Below are positions 39,296 to 51,500 of a stretch of DNA of 64,000 bases, one piece after another (the first letter of the stretch is position 1; each line of letters starts with the position of its first letter). Both the position numbers and the translations under genes were made by a program. The notes below the pieces were generated by a model. The model made no database searches. It was not told the origin of the DNA and worked only from the letters and a program-made list of their open reading frames with translations. This DNA is from Macrostomum lignano (taxonomy: Eukaryota). The DNA lies in NCBI GenBank assembly GCA_002269645.1, contig NIVC01001681.1, forward strand, positions 62,001-126,000. Reading direction: 5' to 3'.

Positions 39296-40107
39296 TGGGG
39301 ATATGAATTCTGGGGGATATGAAGTCTGGGGGATATGAAGTCTGGGGGATATGAAGTCTGGGGGATATGAAGTCTGGGGATATAAAGTCTGGGGATATGA
39401 AGTCTGGGGGATATGAAGTCTGGGGATATTAAGTATGGGGATATGAAGTCTGGGGATATTAAGTATGGGGATATGAAGTCTGGGGATATGAAGTCTGGGG
39501 GATATGAAGTCTGGGGGATATGAAGTCTGGGGGATATGAAGTCTGGGGGATATGAAGTCTGGGGGATATGAAGTCTGGGGGATATGAAGTCTGGGGATAT
39601 TAAGTATGGGGATATGAAGTCTGGGGATATTAAGTATGGGGATATGAAGTCTGGGGTATAAAGTCTGGGGGATATGAAGTCTGGGGGATATAAAGTCTGG
39701 GGATATAAAGTCTGGGGATATGAAGTCTGGGGGATATGAAGTCTGGGGATATGAAGTCTGGGGGATATGAAGTCTGGGGATATTAAGTATGGGGATATGA
39801 AGTCTGGGGATATTAAGTATGGGGATATGAAGTCTGGGGTATAAAGTCTGGGGGATATGAAGTCTGGGGGATATAAAGTCTGGGGATATAAAGTCTGGGG
39901 ATATGAAGTCTGGGGGATATGAAGTCTGGGGATATGAAGTCTGGGGGATATGAAGTCTGGGGATATGAAGTCTGGGGGATATGAAGTCTGGGGGATATGA
40001 AGTCTGGGGGATATGAAGTCTGGGGGATATGAAGTCTGGGGATATTAAGTATGGGGATATGAAGTCTGGGGGTATAAAGTCTGGGGATATGAAGTCTGGG
40101 GATATGA
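39296..40107. repeat. 15-16-bp array (GGGG[G]ATATGAAGTCT)n
   Basis: Direct reading. Confidence 0.95.
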
Positions 40108-40920
40108 AACGAATCCGGATTTCATTAGGGAAGGTGAAGCAGTGAACTTTCGGGACCCCCTAAACTAGCTAGCTGGGGAATCAGAGAACTGCCGTACAAA
40201 TGATATAAAAAGAGCAGATAACTTAGAAAATCCAGGTAAATGTTTAGGCATAAACTTGCAATCCAACCTTGACAGCTGGTATCCACCCTGGTCTTAAGCT
40301 CCCCCCGTATACATTGATAGCTATCTCATTGCAACCGTAATACTGCTCAATGATGAACCCCAGCTCATAGCGGTTTGACAGGTAAGACAGTTTTATTTAG
40401 CTTTACTCCTCCGCCGGCTCATTAATACCCTTGTTGCTTCGCGTCTGCGATGGCGCCTAGTAGATAATTTCTTCCCGAAAAGTCTCCCCCTCCCGCAAAA
40501 GAAGAAGAGCTCCGAGCAGCAGAGGCTGGCGGGGGTAGCTGGGGCCTCGGCAACAAGCCAGAGATCCGGAGTAAAAAAACACACAAGAATTGAAATCAAA
40601 GAAGAAAACTGGGCGGGTCCAGGGGTTGCGGGACCTGCGGCTTTTATTGTTATTTTTTCTAAAAGACTCCGATGAAATCTGATAGCCAGCGATAAAGAGA
40701 TGCAATATCGTCTGGTAAAATCTCCAGGCCCGTTTGATCTACCTCGTGGTTGTGCTCTTTGATCACGCCTCCGCAGCCCGGCACCCATTTGTTGCTGTGA
40801 GCTGCATTGAGCTGATTGTGGAGAACTGGGGCTGACATTCTAAGCATGAGATTCTTGTATATGACTCATTTAATGACAGATACCAGTAGTCTGAAGTGAG
40901 GAATTGAAGGCTGAAACAAC

Positions 40921-41292
40921 AGTCTCATGTGAGATTATGGAAATAGAACTGAAAGTCTCAGGTGAGATTCTGAAAATAGAACCGACAGTCTCAGGTGAGA
41001 TTCTGAGAATAGAACGACAGTCTCAGGTGGGATTATGGGAATAGAACTGAAAGTCTCAGGCGAGATTCTGAAAATAGAAACGACAGTCTCAGGTGAGATT
41101 ATGGGAATAGAACTGAAAGTCTCAGAGGAGATTCTGAGAGTAGAACCGACAGTCTCAGGGGAGATTCTGAGAATAGAACCGACAGTCTCAGGTGAGATTA
41201 TGGGAATAGAACTGAAAGTCTCAGGTGAGATTCTGAGAATAGAAACGACAGTCTCAGGTGAGATTTTGAAAACAGAACCGACTCTCAGGTGA
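40921..41292. repeat. 33-bp array (GTCTCAGGTGAGATTCTGAGAATAGAACCGACA)n
   Basis: Direct reading. Confidence 0.9.
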
Positions 41293-42186
41293 GATTTGTT
41301 CTTGAGCCCCTTGAAGCAAACTATTTAATAAAAGCTTTGACCGATTGCCAGGATTTAGCATATGTAGGTATAGTAGAATGATCGGTGTACATATTCCAGA
41401 TTCAGCAGTTTCATATAAATGGAATTTCATTTGATTCGTATTATCCGCAATATTGGCATTACAACCTACTTGAAGTAGGAGATAGAAACAAAGACCTGAA
41501 AGAGCTGAATAAAGAAACTAACAATATATTGATAATATACTACTGATGCAACTTTTGAAATTGTAGTAATAAGTAGTATAGTTTGCGTTCCATCTCTGGA
41601 AACACATTTTGTCAAGAGAGAGTATATTTATGAATAAATTATTGTTAGAGAAAACTTGTATTGTATTCAGAAATAGCAAACCGATTTCCAGATAAAAATT
41701 AAAACAGAACAATAGCATACTTATGACACACACTACTGACATGCACTGCTGACAGTAGACAGTAGGGAGAGACAGACAGACAGAGCAAAGGAGAGACAAG
41801 TCAAGCTTAGCAATGAAATTCAAACCAGTCAAAGCCGCAGCAGAAATAACGAATCAAGCCACAAGAGCCCCCAAAAACTGTAGAAGAAAATAGATGAGCT
41901 TCATCAGAGACAACTTTATATTATAAATGTTCGAGCTAAACTGTAACAATTAATCGGGCGATAAAAACAAGTTGAAGCAAGAAAACCTGAACAAACAGCA
42001 GATGTCTGGTACACACAGAGCGCGGATATGAAAAAATAATAATTGTACAAAATAAAATTATGGGTCGGGAGACAATGTAGAAAGACATGTTGCCTTGCTT
42101 GCGAAGGCCAAATATATATATGCTATGTACACTTTACACAAATACAGTAGCGACATAAGCCGCTTTGAACTGCTCAGACTGCTCAG

Positions 42187-43232
42187 CTGAGTCACTGAGT
42201 AGGTCTAAGTAGGTCTGAGGGGAGCAGATGGTAGCTGAGTCACTGAAGCTTCCGGGGTCTGAGGGGAGCAGATGGTAGCTGAGTCACTGAAGCTTCCGAA
42301 GTCTGAGAGAGCAGATGGTAGCTGAGTCACTGAAGCTTCCGAAGTCTGAGAGAGCAGATGGTAGCTGAGTTACTGAAGCTTCAGTAGGTCTGAGGGGAGC
42401 AGATGGTAGCTGAGTCACTGAAGCTGCAGTAGGTCTGAGGGGAGCAGATGGTAGCTGAGTCACTGAAGCTTCAGGGGTCTGAGGGGAGCAGATGGTAGCT
42501 GAATCACTGAGTAGGTCTAAGTAGGTCTGAGGGGAGCAGATGGTAGCTGAGTCACTGAAGCTTCAGGGGTCTGAGGGGAGCAGATGGTAGCTGAGTCACT
42601 GAAGCTTCAGGGGTCTGAGGGGAGCAGATGGTAGCTGAGTCACTGAAGCTTCAGGGGTCTGAGGGGAGCAGATGGTAGCTGAGTCACTGAAGCTTCCGGG
42701 GTCTGAGGGGAGCAGATGGTAGCTGAGTCACTGAAGCTTCAGTAGGTCTGAGGGGAGCAGATGGTAGCTGAGTCACTGAAGCTTCAGGGGTCTGAGGGGA
42801 GCAGATGGTAGCTGAATCACTGAAGCTTCAGTAGGTCTGAGGGGAGCAGATGGTAGCTGAATCACTGAAGCTTCAGTAGGTCTGAGGGGAGCAGATGGTA
42901 GCTGAGTCACTGAAGCTTCAGGGGTCTGAGGGGAGCAGATGGTAGCTGAGTCACTGAAGCTTCAGTAGGTCTGACGGGAGCAGATGGTAGCTGAGTCACT
43001 GAAGCTTCAGTAGGTCTGAGGGGAGCAGATGGTAGCTGAATCACTGAAGCTTCAGTAGGTCTGAGGGGAGCAGATGGTAGCTGAATCACTGAAGCTTCAG
43101 TAGGTCTGAGGGGAGCAGATGGTAGCTGAGTCACTGAAGCTTCCGGGGTCTGAGAGAGCAGATGGTAGCTGAGTCACTGAAGCTTCAGGGGTCTGAGGGG
43201 AGCAGATGGTAGCTGAGTCACTGAAGCTTCAG
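42187..43232. repeat. 44-45-bp array (TCTGAGGGGAGCAGATGGTAGCTGAGTCACTGAAGCTTCAGGGG)n
   Basis: Period 44 measured (42541, 42585, 42629). Confidence 0.95.
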
Positions 43233-44571
43233 TGGTCAAAGCAGTCTATAGGGCTCCCTATGCAGTGGCTGATAACAGATTTTGACAAGTGCAGGTGGTA
43301 ACAAAAAAGGGTAACAATGCAAGAGGCAGCGAGCACAATAAATGATACAGTATCAATACAAGAAGGAAATATCATTAACTCAATAATTTTTAAATAACAT
43401 TTTTTGTTTTTTTCTTATTACCGTCTTTAAAGCATACAGGCCTTCATACAGAAAGGTTAGGCGGTTTATACAGGCGACATATTACTGACAGTATACAGGG
43501 GAGAAACAATAGGCTTTTCATAGTCACACGTGCAGCAAATTACAGACAGAGCTTCAGTGCAGCGGGGCATTATTTAACTCAAAAATGGTCTACAACAGGT
43601 TGAGAAAATGAAGTCGGATAGACAGGTTTGAATCACAAAGAATGGATATTGCCTTTATTAAACTTGTACTTGTAGGAACTATTAAGCGATATATTTATAG
43701 ATAAGTTATAAGGAAAAATCTTAATTCATCAAAATAATATTGTCTGTCAAAGAAAGAACTAGAAACAACAATTGCAGCTAGGTATTTGTCTAATAGCTCC
43801 CATTACTCCAATAAATTTAGATGGAAAATACAAATTATGCGATAATATTCGCAGCTAACCTACTAATACAAGTAGAATAGTTGGGACATGATAGTATTAA
43901 TTCAACAAAGACGCGATACGCATTGCAAAAAGCGATCACGTGAGAGAGATGCATAGACTTGAGACATTTCGTCAGGTAAACAGAAAAACTACTATATTAT
44001 AGTGGCGGTGCACCTTGACGCAATATTTTTAGTTAAAACGCAGCCAATACATTTTTTATTAAACTTGTAAACAATAAAACTGACGGGCTTGTTTCCATTA
44101 TTAGCAGCTCTGCTCTTATTATTGTTGTGCCCAAGAGCTATGAAACTTGAATATTTGACCATGCCAACTCGATGCTAGCTACTCAGATTTGTTAGTAAAA
44201 CTAAGCTAAGTAGTGAGTAGTCAGTTTAGAAAATTATTATTTTAGACAAACGAAATTATCTATTCTATTGCAAATCAAAGAGGAAATCTTTTGAAATGAT
44301 AAATTTAGCGCTGGAGATGCGTCATGCCAATGCGGTTTGACGTGGCTTGTGACACCGTGGCTGGCTAGGTTAAAATTAGTAATTCTCTCACTTTCCAAAA
44401 TACTGGCACTAGCAAAAATGGTTGTCAAGGGTGACAATTATTAGTTTGTACTTTACCTGCTCTTACCACAGAGTCTATCAGAGTTAAAAAACAATTTTTT
44501 TGATAATTCTCAATAGAATTTACCCGAGAATTTACTCTCAAATAGTTGATTGATTGATTCTCTTGCTAAAG

Positions 44572-45378
44572 ATTTAGGTTGGGCCATAGACAATGAACAG
44601 CAAGTCTTCAATAGCAGATTCTCCCACTAAGGATTTAGGTTGGGCCATAGACAATGAACAGCAAGTCTTCAATAGCAGATTCTCCCACTAAGGATTTAGG
44701 TTGGGCCATAGACAATGAACAGCAAGTCTTCAATAGCAGATTCTCCCACTAAGGATTTAGGTTGGGCCATAGACAATGAACAGCAAGTCTTCAATAGCAG
44801 ATTCTCCCACTAAGGATTTAGGTTGGGCCATAGACAATGAACAGCAAGTCTTCAATAGCAGATTCTCCCACTAAGGATTTAGGTTGGGCCATAGACAATG
44901 AACAGCAAGTCTTCAATAGCAGATTCTCCCACTAAGGATTTAGGTTGGGCCATAGACAATGAACAGCAAGTCTTCAATAGCAGATTCTCTCACTAAGGAT
45001 TTAGGTTGGGCCATAGACAATGAACAGCAAGTCTTCAATAGCAGATTCTCCCACTAAGGATTTAGGTTGGGCCATAGACAATGAACAGCAAGTCTTCAAT
45101 AGCAGATTCTCTCACTAAGGATTTAGGTTGGGCCATAGACAATGAACAGCAAGTCTTCAATAGCAGATTCTCCCACTAAGGATTTAGGTTGGGCCATAGA
45201 CAATGAACAGCAAGTCTTCAATAGCTGATTCTCCCACTAAGTATTTAGGTTGGGCCATAGACAATGAACAGCAAGTCTTTGATAGCAGATTCTCCCACTA
45301 AGGACTTAGGTTGGGCCATAGACAATGAACAGCAAGTCTTCAATAGCTGATTCTCCCACTAAGGATTTAGGCTGGGCC
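44572..45378. repeat. 61-bp highly homogeneous array, about 13 units
   Basis: Period 61 measured (44581, 44642, 44703); starts about 130 nt downstream of the RB1CC1 stop. Confidence 0.96.
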
Positions 45379-45505
45379 AGATAGCCAAGTTGATAACTAG
45401 ATGTGGTTCAATAAAACACAAGAAGTCAAATTAAATAAGCTGTTGATAAGCAGTTACCACAAAAAATCAATCAATATGACAAGCCACTATCCGATCCGTT
45501 TATCC

Positions 45506-48500
45506 TCATTGAATGTCCTGATCGGATGAGCTGGTCAGCTGCGGAGTCGATGACGAATAACTGAGGCTGCTGAACAGCTGGGCATTGGACAGCGGATGCA
45601 GGCGCAAGTGGCAGCGATAGAATCTCGTGCCCATCGGCAAGCGGAACCTGTTTGGGAACTGGAATGCGGCAGGGAGATAGGGATGTTTAAGGAGTAGAAG
45701 GGCTGATTCTTAGAGAGTAGAAGGGACGATTCTTAGAGAGTAGAAGGGACGATTCTTAGAGAGCAGAAGGGCTGATTCTTAGAGAGTAGAAGGGACGATT
45801 CTTAGAGAGTAGATGCGACGATTCTTAGAGAGTAGAAGGGCTGATTCTTAGAGAGTAGAAGGGCGATTCTTAGAGAGTAGATGCGACGATTCTTAGAGAG
45901 TAGAAGGGCTGATTCTTAGAGAGTAGAAGGGACGATTCTTAGAGAGTAGAAGGGCTGATTCTTAGAGAGTAGAAGGGACGATTCTTAGAGAGTAGAAGGG
46001 CTGATTCTTAGAGAGTAGAAGGGCTGGTTCTTAGAGAGTAGAAGGGCGATTCTTAGAGAGTAGATGCGACGATTCTTAGAAAGTAGAAGGGACGATTCTT
46101 AGAGAGTAGAAGGGCTGATTCTTAGAGAGTAGAAGGGACGATTCTTAGAGAGTAGAAGGGCTGATTCTTAGAGAGTAGAAGGGACGATTCTTAGAGAGTA
46201 GAAGGGCTGATTCTTAGAGAGTAGAAGGGCTGGTTCTTAGAGAGTAGAAGGGCGATTCTTAGAGAGTAGATGCGACGATTCTTAGAAAGTAGAAGGGACG
46301 ATTCTTAGAGAGTAGAAGGGCTGATTCTTAGAGAGTAGAAGGGACGATTCTTAGAGAGTAGAAGGGCTGATTCTTAGAGAGTAGAAGGGCTGGTTCTTAG
46401 AGAGTAGAAGGGCGATTTTTAGAGAGTAGATGCGACGATTCTTAGAAAGTAGAAGGGACGATTCTTAGAGAGTAGAAGGGACCATTCTTAGAGAGTAGAT
46501 GGGACGATTCTTAGAGAGTAGAAGGGCTGATTCTTAGAGAGTAGAAGGGCTGATTCTTAGAGAGTAGATGGGCTGATTCTTAGAGAGTAGATGGGCTGAT
46601 TCTTAGAGAGTAGATGGGACGATTCTTAGAGAGTAGAAGGGACGATTCTTAGAGAGTAGATGGGACGACTCTTAGAGAGTAGATGGGACGATTCTTAGAA
46701 AGTAGAAGGGCTGATTCTTAGAGAGTAGAAGGGACGGCTTATAGAGAGTAGAAGGGACGATTCTTAGAAAGTAGAAGGGACGATTCTTAGAGAGTAGAAG
46801 GGCTGATTCTTAGAGAGTAGAAGGGCTGATTCTTAGAGAGTAGAAGGGCTGATTCTTAGAGAGTAGAAGGGCGATTCTTAGAGAGTAGATGCGACGATTC
46901 TTAGAAAGTAGAAGGGACGATTCTTAGAGAGTAGAAGGGACGATTCTTAGAAAGTAGAAGGGACGATTCTTAGAGAGTAGAAGGGCTGATTCTTAGAAAG
47001 TAGAAGGGCGATTCTTAGAGAGCAGAAGGGCTGATTCTTAGAGAGTAGAAGGGCGATTCTTAGAGAGTAGAAGGGCTGATTCTTAGAGAGTAGATGGGAC
47101 GATTCTTAGAGAGTAGAAGGGCTGATTCTTAGAGAGTAGAAGGGCTGATTCTTAGAGAGTAGAAGGGACGATTCTTAGAGAGTAGAAGGGACGATTTTTA
47201 GAGAGTAGATGGGCGATTCTTAGAGAGTAGAAGGGACGATTCTTAGAAAGTAGAAGGGACGATTCTTAGAGAGTAGAAGGGCTGATTCTTAGAGAGTAGA
47301 AGGGCGATTCTTAGAGAGTAGAAGGGCTGATTCTTAGAGAGTAGATGGGCGATTCTTAGAGAGTAGAAGGGCTGATTCTTAGAGAGTAGAAGGGCTGATT
47401 CTTAGAGAGTAGAAGGGGCGATTCTTAGAGAGTAGAAGGGCTGATTCTTAGAGAGTAGATGGGACGATTCCTAGAAAGTAGAAGGGACGATTCTTAGAGA
47501 GTAGAAGGGACGATTCTTAGAGAGTAGAAGGGACGATTTTTAGAGAGTAGATGGGCGATTCTTAGAGAGTAGAAGGGACGATTCTTAGAAAGTAGAAGGG
47601 ACGATTCTTAGAGAGTAGAAGGGCTGATTCTTAGAGAGTAGAAGGGCGATTCTTAGAGAGTAGAAGGGCTGATTCTTAGAGAGTAGATGGGCGATTCTTA
47701 GAGAGTAGAAGGGCTGATTCTTAGAGAGTAGAAGGGCTGATTCTTAGAGAGTAGAAGGGGCGATTCTTAGAGAGTAGAAGGGCTGATTCTTAGAGAGTAG
47801 ATGGGACGATTCCTAGAAAGTAGAAGGGACGATTCTTAGAGAGTAGATGGGACGATTCTTAGAGAGCTACATGTCTTTTAATTCCATAGCTGATGATTTC
47901 ACAAATTTGAAATCAATAACAAAAAGGCATATAAGAGCGGATTTCCCTACTTTAATCAGTTATACCGAAAGAGTTTCTAAATTTAGCATCACACAACTAA
48001 CCTGTGTACAATAGTTCAAGCGCACTCTATGCCCCCCCCGACCCGAAGCTAACCAGAAAACCCCGCGCAGGCCCTCACCCTGTCTCTCTCTCTCCTTGGT
48101 CATTCCCTTCCCGCGTGCCCAGGGGTTCAGAACCCCCCTCCCCCTAGTATAGCGGCATAGCATTTTTGCATGCGTACACTGAGTGAGAGAAGAGAGATAG
48201 AACATATTTCTTTAATAATTGCGTGAAAAAAGCCAGGTTAAAACACAGAAAAAACACACATACTAACCATGGTGCCATACACTTTACTTCACTCTTCAAG
48301 AAAGAAGGAAAAATGTTAGAAAAAAGGCAAACGTAAATCAGCTTTCCACCAGAAAAATGGGTGAAGAAGTTCGCAGTGACAGAACAGCGACCCCCTAAAA
48401 AGCCAGATAGAAACAAGCGCACCTTGAAAACACCAGAGAGTACGCGCGCCTGCACAAATAAGGTCAAAATTCTGGTCCAAGGCCAGTGGCTGGACTTTTC

Positions 48501-51500
48501 CTTTCACCACTCTAAGCTTGTTCTAACCACAGCTCCTGCAGCTGAAAAAGTACACCGATGAACTTTCAAAATGAGCCGCAATTCTGGCCTGTACAATAGC
48601 TGGGCCTACTCCACTTTCAACTCCGCTCCCCTCTGAACTTAAAACTATTTCGGATGCACTTTTAACTGCGTTCTCTATTAGTAGCTAGTGTTTTCCACTA
48701 GAAAAGCACAAGAAGTACTCTTAACGAACACGGACTGTCAATAAATGGCGAATTAACCAAAGTAGAGAGCGAGATTAGATCCGAAAATAGAGATTAGATC
48801 AGGGTAGAAAGAGATTAGATCAGAGTGCAGAGAAATTAAGTTCCAGATCAGGAGAGAGATATTAGATCCGGACAGACAGAGAGAGATTAGATCGGGAAAA
48901 AGAGAGATTCGATCAGGACAGAGAGATATTAGATCCGGACAGACAGAGAGAGATTAGATCGGGAAAAAGAGAGATTCGATCAGGACAGAGAGATTAGATC
49001 GGGACAGAGCGAGATTAGATCCGGACAGAGAGAGATTAGATCGGGACAGACAGAGAGATTAGATCCGGACAGAGAGAGATTAGATCGGGACAGACATAGA
49101 TTAGATCAGGACAGAGAGGTTAGATCAGCACAGAGAGAGATTAGATCGGGACAGACAGAGATTAGATCGGGACAGAGAGAGATTAGATCGGGACAGAGAG
49201 AGATTAGACGGGGACAGAGAGAGATTAGATCAGGAAGAGAGAGAGATGAGATCGGGACAGAGAGAGATTAGATGGGGACAGAGAGAGATTAGATGGGGAC
49301 AGAAGAGAGATTAGATGGGGACAGAGAGAGATTAGATGGGGACAGAAGAGAGATTAGATGGGGACAGAGAGAGATTAGATCGGGACAGAGAGATTAGATC
49401 GGGAAGATTGGGACAGAGAGAGATCGGGACAGAGGGCAGTAAATCAGTGTAGAGATAGAGAAAGATTGCATCGAGGCACAAAAACAGAGCTCAAGTAATC
49501 AAAAATAGGTACTAAAAGCAGACCAGCAGCGCTCACCTTTCTAGTCTGGCAGTGCTCCTTGGACTGGAACTCGGCCAGCATAATAGGCTGACTGTGCCCA
49601 ACAGGCAGGTGAGCCGGCAGACCCAGCGTGCCCAATGTTGAATCTTTCACAAAGTACAAACCGCCATCCGAGCAGTACAGAGTCCACTGCTCGTGCGCGT
49701 GAGAATAATATAAAAGTACACTGTCACCTTTGCGAAATCCGCAATGACACAGGCAGACATTGCGATCCGGAGCGCCCGATAGAGAGTGCGCCGCGCTGGC
49801 GGACGACTGCTCACTGGGCTCAGTAGACACGTACACAGAGGTCACGGCAACCGAGGTGGACTGTTGAAGCTGCTGACTGAGCTGCTGGCCGTGCAGTTGA
49901 AGATCAGCGTGCCCGGATGTGGTCACCGCCGCCGATGCAGCCGCCGCCGACTGCTGCGCCAGCCGACTGGGAACAACAGGCGATGTCGATAGCGGACTCT
50001 GACTGTCACCGCCGCTGCCGCTAGCCCGCTGATGCAACCGGCGCATCAGCTCGTGATCGCGCAGCATTTGCCGATTCAAATCGGCCAGGCGCTGCTCCAG
50101 TTCGCGAATTTTTGCGTCCTTAGTTTCGGCCGGAGTCGGACTGGCCGAGCGCAGTTCCGCTAGGGCGCCGGACAGTTCCTGATTCTCGCGTCTGAGCTCC
50201 TCCAGTTCTTGTTCGTGACGTAGGCGCTGGTCTTGAAGCGCGTTCTCTGTCTCTAGGCGGTTGCTATACTTCAATTTTTCAACTAACTGGCCACTTTCAG
50301 CTTTGGCTCGTTCGAGACGATCCCGCCACACTTGGTCATTGTTGGTGGCTCTGCGCAGGTGGAGGGGCGGGTGGAAGGCGGGTATTATTCTATTGGGATT
50401 TTTAGGGAAATTCACTTTGGTTCTCGGGGGAATTCGAATAGATTCTCAGGGAGAATTCGGATTGATTCTCAGGGAGAATTCGGATTGATTCTCAGGGAGA
50501 ATTCGGATTGATTATCCGTGGGGAATTTGGACTGATTCTCTGGGGGAATTTAGATTGATTATCAGGGGGAAATTTAGATTGATTATCAGGGGGGAATTTA
50601 GATTGATTCTCAGGGAGAATTCGGATTGATTTTTTAGAGGAATTCGAATTGATTCTCAGGGAGAATTCGGATTGATTTTTTGGAGGAATTCGAACTGATT
50701 CTCAGGGAGAATTCGAATTGATTCTCAGGGAGAATTCGGATTGCTTCTCGGGGAGAATTCGGATTGATTCTCAGGGAGAATTCGAATTGATTCTCAGGGA
50801 GAATTCGAATTGGTTCTCAGGGAGAATTCGAATTGATTCTCAGGGAGAATTCGAATTGATTCTCAGGGAGAATTCGGATTGCTTCTCAGGGAGAATTCGG
50901 ATTGCTTCTCAGGGAGAATTCGGATTAATTTTCTGGAGGAATTCGAATTGATTCTCAGGGAGAATTCGGATTGATTTTCTGGAGGAATTCGAATTGATTC
51001 TCAGGGAGAATTCGAATTGATTCTCAGGGAGAATTCGGATTGATTTTCTGGAGGAATTCGAATTGATTCTCAGGGAGAATTCGGATTGATTCTCAGGGAG
51101 AATTCGGATTGATTATCCGTGGGGAATTCGGACTGATTCTCTGGGGGAATTTAGATTGATTCTCAGGGAGAATTCGGATTGATTATCCGGGGGGAATTTG
51201 GATTGATTCTCTGGGGGGAATTTAGATTGATTATCAGGATAATTCGGATTGATTTTCTGGGGGAATTCGGATTGATTTTCTGGGGGAATTCAGATTGATT
51301 CTCATGGGGAATTCGGGATTAATTCTCTGGAGGAATTTAGATTGATTCTCAGGGGAAATTCGGATTGATTTACTGGGGGAATTCGGATTGATTCTCTGGG
51401 GGGAATTCGGATTGATTCTCTGAGGAATTCACATCGATTCTCTGGGGGGAATTCGGATTGATTCTCAGGGGGGGGTTAGATTGACTCTCTGGGGGAATAA

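Noticed and set aside
40393-40847. 131-aa and overlapping short minus-strand ORFs
   Set aside because: No recognisable motif or convincing splice structure.
44572-45378. CRISPR-like array
   Set aside because: Units are near-identical end to end with no unique spacers; eukaryotic context and no cas genes.
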